A DNA stretch of 63,366 nt, the filler included, from Globobulimina sp. (Eukaryota), in NCBI GenBank assembly GCA_003354225.1. It is 38 parts of 38 records of this genome, joined end to end, with 100 filler letters (N's around TTAATTAATTAA, not from the genome) between each part and the next. Parts side by side here need not be neighbours in the genome. Positions count along the whole stretch, not along the records: positions 1 to 1,572 come from PIVH01014673.1; positions 1,673 to 3,244 come from PIVH01014674.1; positions 3,345 to 4,916 come from PIVH01014675.1; positions 5,017 to 6,587 come from PIVH01014676.1; positions 6,688 to 8,258 come from PIVH01014677.1; positions 8,359 to 9,929 come from PIVH01014678.1; positions 10,030 to 11,600 come from PIVH01014679.1; 31 more parts are not named here. One strand, written 5' to 3'. The first letter of the stretch is position 1; each line of letters begins with the position of its first letter. The translations under genes were made by a program, and so were the position numbers. Shown here piece by piece: positions 1-11,700 of this stretch. The notes under the pieces are model-generated. The model saw nothing but the letters and a program-made list of their open reading frames with translations, had not been told where the DNA came from and did no database searches.

Positions 1-152
1 CAAAGGAATGATATAACTGAAACCAATGTACATTGCATTTTCCGATATTGTGGTATGTGCAAAATACTATTTATACAGAATTGAAATAGCAGGTTAATGT
101 ATTTGAGATACCAAAACTTTCTTTTTTAGTCAACTAAACTACTCAAACAAAC

Positions 153-749
153 ATGACATCAGTTTTTGGTTTTGTGGCAGTGATAGTATTTATATTTTTA
201 AACAATGATTGCGTGGAAGGATATGATTGTATTGTTATTGAGGATGATATTCCATCGCCATTTACAGATAATCATTGCATTCAAAAAGTGGAGAAATTGT
301 TGTTAAAAGACAGGGAATTTATTTTAGAAATTGCATCACCGAATGAACAATTACTCCGAGAAATTAATAAAATTATAAATAGAAATAGTTACAACGGTGT
401 TTTTACGAATGAAGGTACAATGCAACGTACATTTGGATCATTCATACACGAAACAACAAAACAAGGCATCCCAACGACTGTCACCTCCGCATTGGCTTAT
501 TGTGCTTGGAATATTGTTGATAATTTTGGTAAAGATAAAATGTTTAATTTGTATGAGTGGATAAAAGATATATCTGTTTGTGGCAAATCGTTCAATTGGA
601 AGGAAATGATGACTCACTCTGTAATCTGGGGCACTGCGTCGGGCGTTGTCAGTGGCGGTGTGAAGGCATACAAAGAAATTAAAATTGTAAAATGGACATA
701 TTCAACCTTTAAACCACCAAAAACTACTGTATTCAAAAAAGATATTTGA
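153..749 (+). CDS. Hypothetical protein with N-terminal signal/TM segment
   Basis: 198-aa ATG ORF with hydrophobic N-terminus; no recognised domain. Confidence 0.5.
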   Translation: MTSVFGFVAVIVFIFLNNDCVEGYDCIVIEDDIPSPFTDNHCIQKVEKLLLKDREFILEIASPNEQLLREINKIINRNSYNGVFTNEGTMQRTFGSFIHETTKQGIPTTVTSALAYCAWNIVDNFGKDKMFNLYEWIKDISVCGKSFNWKEMMTHSVIWGTASGVVSGGVKAYKEIKIVKWTYSTFKPPKTTVFKKDI

Positions 750-1428
750 TTGATCTCATTTTTTTTAATTTATTATTATTTATTTATTGTGTTGAATGCA
801 GTATATTTACATCATACTTTTACTAAAAAGACCGAACGGAGTGGTTAATTACAACCGATTGGGTACAAAAAGTACAAATCAAAAATGAATATTCTGTGCA
901 TCGGAGATCTACAAAAACCTATCGTTATGGCGAGGTTTATCCAATTTGTTGGCAGTTAAGAAAATATAAAAAATCAACATAAGAAATATAAACAACAATT
1001 GATGCTCGACAATGATGAATTATCGCGGATCAACGGCTCCATTTACTTCATTGAAATCTAATTATTCCGTTATGTTTTAAACGGAGCGGTGATAACAAAA
1101 GATGAGAAGTCGAGTTTTAAGGATCCAGTCAAAGATTATAATAAGTTATATTTTAATAGTTTAATTAATTTCCCATGAACATAAACATATTTTTAGTTTC
1201 ATTCATTGGCAAATCATTTCCCCTTTAAATAGAGAGAGATTTTTTTTAATGTTTATAAGATATTGAGTACGTCGATCGGAAAGGGACAACTCCATTACCA
1301 CTGATTACATTGCACCTTGACCCAGATAAATACATTGCAGTCAGAACTATTGACCCAACCAGGCTAACCACCACAAAGTCCACAATGAACATTTTGTCAA
1401 AACCTACTTCAATTAACTTAAGTCAGTC

Positions 1429-1572
1429 ATGAAGATCATTTTATTGATATTGTGGATCACTTGCACAACAACTTTATCTCAATCAACAACAAGCGAGGAT
1501 ATTCAAACAGCAACTACTGTCATTGAACAATTGCGTTTTGATTTAATTGCAGCATTCGACGCCTCTGGCAAA
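1429..1572 (+). CDS. Secreted protein, 5' fragment
   Basis: MKIILLILWITCTTTLS signal-peptide-like start; truncated by contig end. Confidence 0.4.
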
Positions 1573-1672
1573 NNNNNNNNNNNNNNNNNNNNNNNNNNNN
1601 NNNNNNNNNNNNNNNNTTAATTAATTAANNNNNNNNNNNNNNNNNNNNNNNNNNNNNNNNNNNNNNNNNNNN
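1573..1672. other. Artificial contig spacer (N-run + TTAATTAATTAA + N-run); first of 37
   Basis: The same 100-nt linker with stops in all six frames recurs every ~1670 nt. Confidence 0.99.
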
Positions 1673-2567
1673 TGATCAGTTTATTTCAATCTGAAGACCC
1701 GCGAGAAAGGGATTACTTAAAAACTATATTGCATCGCATATATGGCAAATTCATGTCGTTTCGCTCATTTTTGCGCCGTGCCATTAATAACGTCTTCTAT
1801 CAAGTTATTTATGTCTCGCAGCGACACAACGGATTGGCTGAATTGCTTGAGATATTAGGTATGTATTCGCAAAATCGCATGTAATTGTAACTGCAATGCA
1901 GTATAATCTATGATATATAGGGAGTATAATAAATGGGTTTGCAACGCCATTAAAAGACGAACATCAACGCTTTTTACGGAATGTGTTGATCCCATTGCAT
2001 AAAGTCGAGACCTTATCGCAATATCACGCACAATTGGCGTACTGTGTGGTGCAATTCATAGAGAAAGACCCGCGTTTATCCTCCTTAATCATTGGCGGAT
2101 TGCTTAAATTCTGGCCCATTATCTCTTGCAGTAAGGAGTTATTATACTTGTCCGAGTTGGAAGAAGTACTCGAAATGACGGAACAGCCCCAATTTGAGAA
2201 GCTAATCATCCCCGTATTTAAGCGCATTGCGGCCTGTATTTGTTCGCCACATTTTCAAGTGGCAGAAAGAGCGCTTTTCTTATGGAATAATGATGTCATT
2301 GCCGCTTTTATGAGCGATCATAGGCCTATAATATTACCATTGTTGTATCCGGCGTTACATCTCAATTTAGAGCGGCATTGGAATAATACGGTGACGCAGT
2401 TGACTACGCATATTATGCAACAATTTATGGATATGGATGAGAAACTATTTAAATCTGTAGAGTTGAAATTCAATCAAGAACATAAACCCAAAGAAAAAGC
2501 CAGAAGAAGGTTGGATAAATGGCAGAAAATCAAACTAATATCGCAACAAACTTACTTTCCTATATAA
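1673..2567 (+). CDS. PPP2R5: PP2A regulatory subunit B' (B56), 3' part; intron 1859-1920
   Basis: [51 protein letters not shown]; removing a 62-nt GT-AG intron restores the frame. Confidence 0.93.
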
Positions 2568-3008
2568 CATATATATTTTCTATTTTTTATTTTTGTTTTT
2601 TGCTCTTTGTCTTGCAATGTTTTTGTGTTGTCAGTGTTTTGTAAATATATATGAAAAAAGCTCAAAAGAATTAACGTGTTTTAATCATTTCCTATCTTTT
2701 TTTTTTATTTTTTTTTTCAACCATTTCATATATTTTGCGTTGATTTAATTTTATAAAAAATATTCAAATATCCCACACTGTTGTTTGCTGTCTGGAATTT
2801 TTTTTTCGATATTTTTAAGTTTTATTTTTTTTCCCTTCTTGCCTTCTATATTTTTATCCATATTTGTATCCATTTTTTTTTGTCTGTTTGGCTTTACTGT
2901 GCGACTAAAGAAATAAACTCATTGAATCAGCAATTTTTGTGCATTATTGTGAACAAAATCCGACAATTTTTGCTTGTGACATGAAATAACTGGCTGATAC
3001 AGTGCTGC

Positions 3009-3100
3009 TATAAATGTGTTTTCGTTGTGCAAGGATACAACTCCTCAATTATATAATCAGAATGTTTTAATAATCCTTGCACATCGAGTTAACATTTATA
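3009..3100. repeat. Imperfect 28-bp inverted repeat (hairpin)
   Basis: tataaatgt..tcg.tgtgcaaggat (3009-3036) pairs with atccttgcaca.cga..acatttata (3073-3100). Confidence 0.75.
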
Positions 3101-3344
3101 TTTTGAAAAACACGCTCAATTTGAATATTTATCATTGATAAGGTGTTTGAAAAAAAAAATTATACAACATTCCAACAATACAGAGGAAAAAAAAAAACAA
3201 AAAAGAAATCCATGAGTTTATACTGATTTATTCATCATTGTTTTNNNNNNNNNNNNNNNNNNNNNNNNNNNNNNNNNNNNNNNNNNNNTTAATTAATTAA
3301 NNNNNNNNNNNNNNNNNNNNNNNNNNNNNNNNNNNNNNNNNNNN

Positions 3345-4916
3345 CGGAAACATTACTATGCAATTTGGTATAGTATCTAATAAGCATCATGGGAAGACAG
3401 ATGAAGATATTGATGCAAACAATTCATGGGTTTGTAGCCATAGAGGTAGTGTACGGATTGATGGTAAAGTTTACAACGAGACAAAAGGACATAGAGTTAT
3501 TGAGGGTGACACAATCACATTGACATTAGACATGAATAAAGGACAATTACTGTCCTCTAAAAATGATGACACCAAGGTGTTAGTGCAGGATATTAAAAAA
3601 AGCGATGATATCAAATATAGATTTGCATTATCAATGTTTTATCCTGATATTTCATTGACTGTAAAGTGGAATACTTTAAAAATATACAAACAACGGACAA
3701 ACAAACTACAACAACAATTGGAACAATGTCAAAATAAAATAATTAGTTTACAAAAATCAAATTATAATTTACATTCAGTGTTAAACAGTTATATGAATGA
3801 CGAGAAAGAGCAGAATTGGAAGGAAGAAAAAAATGATTTAGATCAAGACAATGAAATATTTGCCAAACATAATAACTTTATGTCTGAATGGAATACGACA
3901 ACGAAGCAAATTATTGGAATATTACATTGTTCAGAAGATGAAAAACATGATATATTATCAGGTGAAACATTGTATAATGAATATATAAAAAGTGTGGCAT
4001 TGATCAATGTTCAAACCCAACGATTAGAAAACGTGTCAACTAACAATCATATCTTAGAATTATTAAAAAAACAACAAACTTTAACTGTTAAGCCATTAGA
4101 ATTAATATTACAAATAAATATTAAATTCATTTTATTTTTATAGAATATTCAGAACTCATTAAATGAAGCAATAAATATTGACCAACATTCATTGGGAGAC
4201 ATTTCAAAACAATACGATACCGTTCAAAATAAAAGAAAAGGATCACAGCAAAAATTGACAAAATTATTCACCGAATGTAATGATCTGATTCAAAATGAAA
4301 ATAATTTATTTATTTCAATGAAACGAAAGGAGTTAATATTAAAAAAAAAACAAGCTCAATGTTCAAAATATAAAGCATCGTCTGGTTGTTGCAGATCATT
4401 AATAAACGCATATAGTGATTTTACAAAGACAAATAAAGTAAATATTGAAAAAGTAAAAATATATTTAAAAACAAGATGGAAATCGTTTGAACAACAATGG
4501 CATTTATGGACATCATCAGATATTATGGCATGGTTTAAATATAAGACAAAAGGAAAAGACTTAGTAAATACGGATTGGATGCAAATTGAGAAAGAATTAT
4601 CAAGGCAGAATTTTAAATGTTCAGCATTGGACTCAGTGGAACAAAATGATTTATATATGTTTGGATTTACAAATTATGAAATTAGGAAATATTTATCTCA
4701 GCAAATTCATGTTTTGGTAACGAAGTATCCGGCAAAGAACGGCAATGAAAACATGGCTGAGAATGTGAATAATGATTCAGGAACAATCACACCATTAAAA
4801 TATTTATGTCCAATCACAAAAAGTATTATGGATGATCCAGTCGTTGCGTTTGATTGTATGACTTATGAAAGATCCGCAATTGCAGAATATTTAAAAGAGC
4901 ATAATAAGTCACCAAC
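3345..4916 (+). CDS. SPRY-like + coiled coil + SAM-like + U-box protein (putative E3 ligase), partial; intron 4087-4143
   Basis: EGDTITLTLDMNKGQL (SPRY); WTSSDIMAWF..NDLYMFGF (SAM-like); YLCPITKSIMDDPVVAFDCMTYERSAI (U-box); a 57-nt intron joins two same-frame ORFs. Confidence 0.75.
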
Positions 4917-5456
4917 NNNNNNNNNNNNNNNNNNNNNNNNNNNNNNNNNNNNNNNNNNNNTTAATTAATTAANNNNNNNNNNNNNNNNNNNNNNNNNNNN
5001 NNNNNNNNNNNNNNNNCGATTAATTGTAAGTTATTAAATCTTGTTAAATATAAAAGTATTATATTGTATAATAGATAATTATTTAGTATAGTAATTTTGT
5101 CTTTGGTAAATTTAGAAAATTTTAGTATTTTATAAAATGTTATTTTTGTTATAAATTCTATTTTTTCCTTATTGTCTTTTATGTTGTCGGTCAAGTAGGA
5201 ATAGACAACTACGATATAACAAAAGTGAATGTCGTTTATTTATTTTAGGTATTGGTGATCATTGGTTCGATTGCTTCCCATCGGATCGTAATCAAAAGTA
5301 ATTTAATTAATTAAAAACACTATCTTTGCCTAAGGTATCCTCAGGACGAGCATGGAATGCGATGGCGACCGGCTCGATCTGATTAAGGAATACTAAGAAA
5401 GCAAAATTTAATTTTTTTCTAATTATTAATGATTATTGTCTGGTTTTATTTTTGAA

Positions 5457-6587
5457 ATGTCTAAACGACAACGGTTTAGGGCAGAAGAAGATACCCCTCA
5501 AAAGGTGGTACCACCTCGGTTGTTAGCCCCTAGATTACCTTCTATTGCTATGCCAGGACCAGATGTAGCAAGTACTTCGGCAACGACAAGTGGACCACGA
5601 TTTACTGGTTTGGACTTTATTCAACAATTTCGACAGACAACTGGACCCCCGTCGGCAATGGCGATTACGAGTCAAAGTCAAGCAGGTGTATTACAGACGG
5701 GTCAGATTGCGCAAATCCCAGAGCGTGCTCCTATTGTTTTGTCAACACATGTACCAGTACCTGACCCTGCATTACATAGTATACAACCTCAATTGCAACC
5801 TATGGACACACAAGAAAACATACAGACACAAACACAAGAAGAGGACCCTATGACGTCACAAGCATCAACTAAGTTGGCAGATGCAATTAAACTTATTCAC
5901 TTTCAGAGAAAAGCTGTGAAATCGGCAGGTCGAGTCAACCCATTTGCAGTGGATAACAGTTTGGATGCCATACTACGACAAACGGAGATATCGAAGGAGA
6001 AAATTACGCTGATACGGGCAGTTGACATAATCGAACAGATTTTAGTTAATCATAAATTTGTTGAATTACGAACAATTATTCTAGAAGTACCTTTTACACT
6101 TCGATCGAAGGTGGCGGCGAGATTTGGCTGGAGAATGGAACATGGTCAAATAATATTACCAACAGGCGACGAATTACTGCAACAAGCAAAAGATGTGCAG
6201 GTACCGATGGATCAAGAGTTAGTGTATGTATTGACAGAAGAACAGAAAATCAATTTGGTTAAAGAATGGCAGATGCAAGCCCGCAACAACAATGGCTGGT
6301 GGTTTGATAAGTTTAAATATTTCTTTCAGAAAGTGGCACCTCCTTTACTAATAGACAGTATCTGTGAATTTCTGATTTGTCATCGTGATTTACAGTTATT
6401 GGCTAGATATGTACCCGCTACTTTTCTGAACGGAATATTACCACAGTCCCATCCAAACTATATTGTATCTCGTAGCTTTACTATGTATTCAGGACAGGAT
6501 GCCGAAGGCGAGGAACCGTCAAGTCATGACCCGGCCGGTAATTCCATCAAAGGATTAAAAATAGGCTACGATCGAATGGCACATCAT
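5457..6587 (+). CDS. Hypothetical intronless protein, possibly ORF1/Gag-like of a mobile element; partial
   Basis: Long ORF with P/Q/T-rich N-terminus, higher GC than host genes, no introns; no recognised motif. Confidence 0.45.
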
Positions 6588-6691
6588 NNNNNNNNNNNNN
6601 NNNNNNNNNNNNNNNNNNNNNNNNNNNNNNNTTAATTAATTAANNNNNNNNNNNNNNNNNNNNNNNNNNNNNNNNNNNNNNNNNNNNTTTT

Positions 6692-7579
6692 TCATGTAAA
6701 AGGTTGATATGGTGAATGTTTCTCAGATGGTACATATTCACCGCGTTGTTCAACAATTTCAATTATTCCAGCTCCCTTAACCCAACTGTTTCCACCAAAA
6801 TCATCAAAAAACCCCATAACAATTTGTAAATATCCAGTGGAACCGCTGTATTTTACCAAATTACTGATTGGTAATTCATATCTTTGTATGTTTGGATTGG
6901 TTAAATTCGTTATAAAACATTCTAATTTCACCAAATTTAGTGCTAACTCCACTTCATCATTATCCTTAAAAATATCATCAGTATGACCGGATACAATTGA
7001 TTTACGATCATTTCTTCCAAATTTATTGTAATGAAAATATCCATTTTTCCAAATAATTGCTGATCGCAAACCATATACATTCTGCAATAACGTATTCCAT
7101 TCTGTATAGTCATTCGCGCAAATACCAATACCTATATTTCCAGAAATCATTTTAAATTTAAATTTATAAATCATACATGCGTCTAAACCATCATATTTTA
7201 TTCGTGGTCCAAATAGCACAGAACATTGCGTTTTTAATAATTGATGACAGAGTAAACCATCTTTGTAAATTCCTACTTTTTTCTCATTGCCATATCGAAA
7301 TTTAAACGCTGGGACAGAATAACTTGTAATTAAATATATTAATATTCCTGCGATGCTATGGTTTTTAAATAATTTTGCATTTCGCGCCCAATGATCAATG
7401 ACTAATTCATGTTGAATTGACTGCGCATATGGTTTTGACATATTTTCGTTCCATTGATATGATGCAAAATAATTGTTTAATAAGTCTGTTGCTGTTTTAA
7501 TTGATTGTTTCATTTGTTTATTTTCCTGACCACGGAACAACTCTTTATGAAGAATATGTGAAGATGAAGAAGTTGACAT
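6692..7579 (-). CDS. SPRY-like domain protein with N-terminal box-like motif
   Basis: NIGIGIC..FKDNDEVELALNL beta-sandwich pattern; ELVIDHWAR..ILIYLITSY motif. Confidence 0.55.
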   Translation of the reverse strand: MSTSSSSHILHKELFRGQENKQMKQSIKTATDLLNNYFASYQWNENMSKPYAQSIQHELVIDHWARNAKLFKNHSIAGILIYLITSYSVPAFKFRYGNEKKVGIYKDGLLCHQLLKTQCSVLFGPRIKYDGLDACMIYKFKFKMISGNIGIGICANDYTEWNTLLQNVYGLRSAIIWKNGYFHYNKFGRNDRKSIVSGHTDDIFKDNDEVELALNLVKLECFITNLTNPNIQRYELPISNLVKYSGSTGYLQIVMGFFDDFGGNSWVKGAGIIEIVEQRGEYVPSEKHSPYQPFT

Positions 7580-7642
7580 TCTTCTTAAGAGTGACGCAAC
7601 TGAGGAAAAACTGTAATGTTGCTTGCATTTTGCTTGCATTTT

Positions 7643-8258
7643 ATGAAAACAAAGATGGCTATCTTCTTGTTGCTTGCATTTTGCTTCAAAATCAATTTTT
7701 CATTTACCATTGATGCTGCTAAATGGTCAGCCGGTAAAATACGATATTCCAAAACTCTTTCCTCGACCACATTGGATGTTGTTGGTGCTGCATCGGGATC
7801 GGATGGAACATCTATTTATTTATTTGGTGGTACACCAGAAAATGATCCATCTTCACCATATACAGTTATCCATAAATATACCCCCTCTTCGGATGAACTA
7901 ACCACTGATACATGGGACAATTGGGGTGTTTCCTCGCCATCAAAATTTGTAATAGACACAAATAAATATGCACAATCCACCTCATCTAACGGTGCTACGT
8001 ATATCTCTGCCATTGAGTATGATATAATAATATGTCCATCTTATAAGCTCATTATATATTATTTATATATTAAAATATATTCAGTTGGAAAGCAGATGTT
8101 GACCAAACTGGATCTATCAATAAATTCTATGCACAGTTGGATGGTGTGACGAGCGCTGAATATGGAACAGTGCCTGATCCACTTTATAACACACAAAGTG
8201 GTAACAGTAGAGGTTGTGTCTATATTTTCAAAGATTTGGCGTATATCACTGGTAAAGT
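7643..8258 (+). CDS. Secreted Kelch/beta-propeller-like protein, partial, with intron
   Basis: Signal peptide MAIFLLLAFCF; IYLFGG..IHKY..W Kelch motif; probable intron ~8017-8083. Confidence 0.55.
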
Positions 8259-8358
8259 NNNNNNNNNNNNNNNNNNNNNNNNNNNNNNNNNNNNNNNNNN
8301 NNTTAATTAATTAANNNNNNNNNNNNNNNNNNNNNNNNNNNNNNNNNNNNNNNNNNNN

Positions 8359-9659
8359 TTAAAGGCGTTGAAACATTTTTAGAGCAATGCAATTTTGAAG
8401 TAGTTCCGCATGACGATTCTATGGAAATTATTAAAGACATTAAACAATTTAAAGACAAATATATTAAACAGCACAATTAGTATAAGCGAAAATGGTCTGA
8501 CGAGCCAGCACTACATTAAACCCATGAAATGCACAAATCCGTTGGAGCCCGACAGCCACCACAATAAAAATATATTTTATGCGATGCCAATAACGTTATT
8601 ACGCGAAGTCAGAGTCGTTTCTGACGATAAATTCCTGCACAATGCTATGAGTCGAATTGTATTGGAATTATTACAAGCCGGCTATTCAAAAAACGCCGTA
8701 TTAAACACATGGAAGAAATATACCAATATGTCGAAAATGGATTTATTATTTGTATCGAAGGATAAATATAACTTAACAAATATTCGCACACAATACAATT
8801 TTATTAACGATCCATACGAAGAACATTTAAGATCAAAGAAAAGAAAAATGAAAAATGATTATGGCAAAAAAACAGAGAAAAAATACCATAAAAATCGCGA
8901 TAAATCATTCTTTAACACAAACAATATTCAATTAATTTTGACTCATCATCCAAATCTACCAAATATAGATCAAATAATTGATAAAATGTTCAATATTTTT
9001 AAATTAGATCCTGGAATTTGTGGCAAATTTGGCTTTATTACAAGAAAAGACATCGAAATTCACTATAAAAGAGATAAAAATATCACTGAATTACTACCAA
9101 TTGGTTATTTACCAAAACTATCGGAGTTATCATTAAACTCACAACAAATAAAAAACGCATTGGATATTATACAAAAAGCAAATATTAATAACCAACCACA
9201 GACTTATTTAGATAGAGAATATTGGAAAATTACAAAGCAAATTCGGAAAATAAATTAAAACATTGTAGATTTATGATTTTAGATGGATTATCAGATAAAA
9301 ATACGATTTCTTTCCAGGCAGCGGACCAAAGACTGAATAAATTAGAAATTAAATATCAGGGCGATTTATTAACACATTTCAAATCGGGGAACGACAAAAA
9401 AGATTTCAATAACAAAGGATTAAACCGCCGTAATTTTAATACAAAATTTAATAAATATGACAAAATGATTAGAATTGATAGAGAAAAGGGAAGAAAATTA
9501 ATGAAATTATGGAATATTAATTGGATTTTAAACAAAGAAACAACAAAATATGAATTTAATATTTATAAATTACACAAATTAAATTATAATAAATCCGACA
9601 AAATCAAATACACTGAAAAATATATTAATACACAAACAACAAAAATAAAAAAAAAATAA
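8359..9659 (+). mobile_element. Penelope-like retroelement, post-RT (thumb) region and degenerate endonuclease tail; frameshifted
   Basis: HYIKP..L..DSHH..LLQAGYS and LILTHHPNLPNIDQII match the PLE RT C-terminal pattern; RLNKLEIKYQ..LLT..KGLN resembles a GIY-YIG C-terminus. Confidence 0.7.
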
Positions 9660-10241
9660 AAAGTACACAACAATCATCACCAAATTAACGGATTCAATAT
9701 TTTATGATTAGCTGAATTCGTTTTATTCGTTATTAGAATCTTTGAGGTATTTTGCTTTCGATTTAAATATTTTGTGACATTTTTTGTTGTCTAAATTGTC
9801 TAAATTCTCCCATTCTGACTTTGTATAAAACTGTTTTTAATTTGTGATATTAAATCACTTATCATTTTGTAATCTGTTTTTTGTGATTTGTATATGATAT
9901 TTTCTTACTTTTCCTATGGTTACCATGTCNNNNNNNNNNNNNNNNNNNNNNNNNNNNNNNNNNNNNNNNNNNNTTAATTAATTAANNNNNNNNNNNNNNN
10001 NNNNNNNNNNNNNNNNNNNNNNNNNNNNNACGACATCACAAAATGCTTCTAACAACAAACAATTGGCTGACTTTTGTAACGAACTTAGAAATCCTCTGCA
10101 AATAACAGCTCCAGTACCAAATACTTGATTGTATCTCTTTGCTTTTTTATATTTTTGTCTTAATTGGATTTATTCTGGGTTTGCAAATCCAGCACAAAGT
10201 CAGAACAAATTTATAATTGAATTTTCGGTATACAAAGCAGG

Positions 10242-10480
10242 GTTATCCAATTGACTCGTGCTTACTAACTTTTTTCTAAGTACTAATACTTAAATTTTGA
10301 TTAATTAAAAGTACTCATTCCACTCATCCCTTGACCTGATTATAGAATTTATAAATCATTTGAAAAATAGTCATCCACATGCAACAAATAAGAAAAATGA
10401 GCAGCTAGCTCAATTGGTAGAGCATTGGTTTCAATGAATTACAAACCAAATGGATGTAGATTCGAATCCTACGGTGATAA
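10242..10480 (+). repeat. Dispersed repeat family A (tRNA-bearing), copy 1
   Basis: Matches the reverse complement of 53453-53703 (e.g. ttaattaaaagtactcatt..actcatcccttgacctga and the tRNA-like body). Confidence 0.85.
10399..10480 (+). ncRNA. tRNA-like element/pseudo-tRNA (putative anticodon CAA, 8-nt insert in anticodon loop)
   Basis: A box TAGCTCAATTGGTAGAGC; T arm GTAGA-TTCGAAT-CCTAC; anticodon stem TTGGT/ACCAA; poor acceptor stem. Confidence 0.7.
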
Positions 10481-10822
10481 GATGGAATGGAATGGATGGA
10501 TTATAAGATTAAACACGAGCCTCTGCTATGACATGCAAGCTCAGAATATGATAAGCAAATGCCGTCAGTGAAGGAAAGCCGGCGAATTATTTGAAGGAAA
10601 GCAGTCACGATTGGTGGTTAGCCATCAATACCATCTATGGAGGAGATAGAATTCCAATCATTTGTTGCATTTACCATTTTTGAAAAAGTAAATCTTGACG
10701 AGGCAATTTTAGATTGCTTTGAATCGGTTTTATATGAATTTAATACTTAATTGGGTTAAATTCATTAATGGATTCCAGGCCATGTGATATGGCATTTTGG
10801 AATCTCGTACGGAATGTATAAT

Positions 10823-11238
10823 ATTTCGGTGCCGCTCCTATTTTAACTGCAGCTATTTTTATTTGGTTAGCGTTTGATCCGTCATTGTGTAGAAATAAAA
10901 TTAAAACCTGTGACGAATATAAATTAATATTTCGTCATTTATTGGCTGGAGCTGGTGTAGCAGCGATTTCGTGCATAATATGGGGGATAACGGAACATTT
11001 CTGTCAAACTGTGTCATTCGTAAAATGGATTCCAGGCCATGGCGTATGGCATTTTGGAATCTCGTACGGAATGTATAATATGATACAAGGTCTTATCTTT
11101 ATTATGAAAAAGCAAGATGGAACAAATACATTTCAGAGAATATTGTTTTTTCTTGTTCCCGTATTAGTAATCATTGATAAAAGTAATGTTGTTCACGAAA
11201 ATGAGGATCCTGAATCCCAACAAGAGTTGTTGAGTTGA
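10823..11238 (+). pseudogene. Alkaline-ceramidase/CREST-family membrane hydrolase C-terminal fragment, rearranged
   Basis: W..TEHFC..GHGVWH motif; 5' part replaced by a duplicate of an internal segment. Confidence 0.55.
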
Positions 11239-11700
11239 AACTATACTGTTTATCGTAGACAAACAAATGTTTGTATGTTAATTATGCGCTTAACAAAATA
11301 CGACTAAAACCTCAGTGAACTTAAAGTTTTCGCGTATTTTTCGCTTTTACTGCTTTGATTTGGTTGACAATTTTCAAGAATATTCGATTTTATTGAAATT
11401 TTAAATTGAATTTTCTTTTTTATAGGTTTAGACGACCTTTGCGGATAATCCTTTTATATTATCTAGATAGAATATGTCTGCAGTAGCCTGTTTACAGAGA
11501 ACTAGTTTTAAATTTCATTTATAAGACTAGACGCTACAAAAAACTATCTAACTTTGTTAGACCTCCTTTTTGGAGAGTAAGACCATGGTACCGTTTTGGT
11601 NNNNNNNNNNNNNNNNNNNNNNNNNNNNNNNNNNNNNNNNNNNNTTAATTAATTAANNNNNNNNNNNNNNNNNNNNNNNNNNNNNNNNNNNNNNNNNNNN

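Noticed and set aside
820-1150. Coding-like stretch after the first ORF
   Set aside because: Multiple stops in all frames examined and no recognisable motif
5370-5402. CTGATTA..GAAA as a hammerhead ribozyme
   Set aside because: Core deviates from CUGANGA and I could not build stems I-III
10428-10436. TCA as an opal/Sec anticodon
   Set aside because: The stem register places CAA at 34-36, the second copy has GAA, and there is no long Sec variable arm
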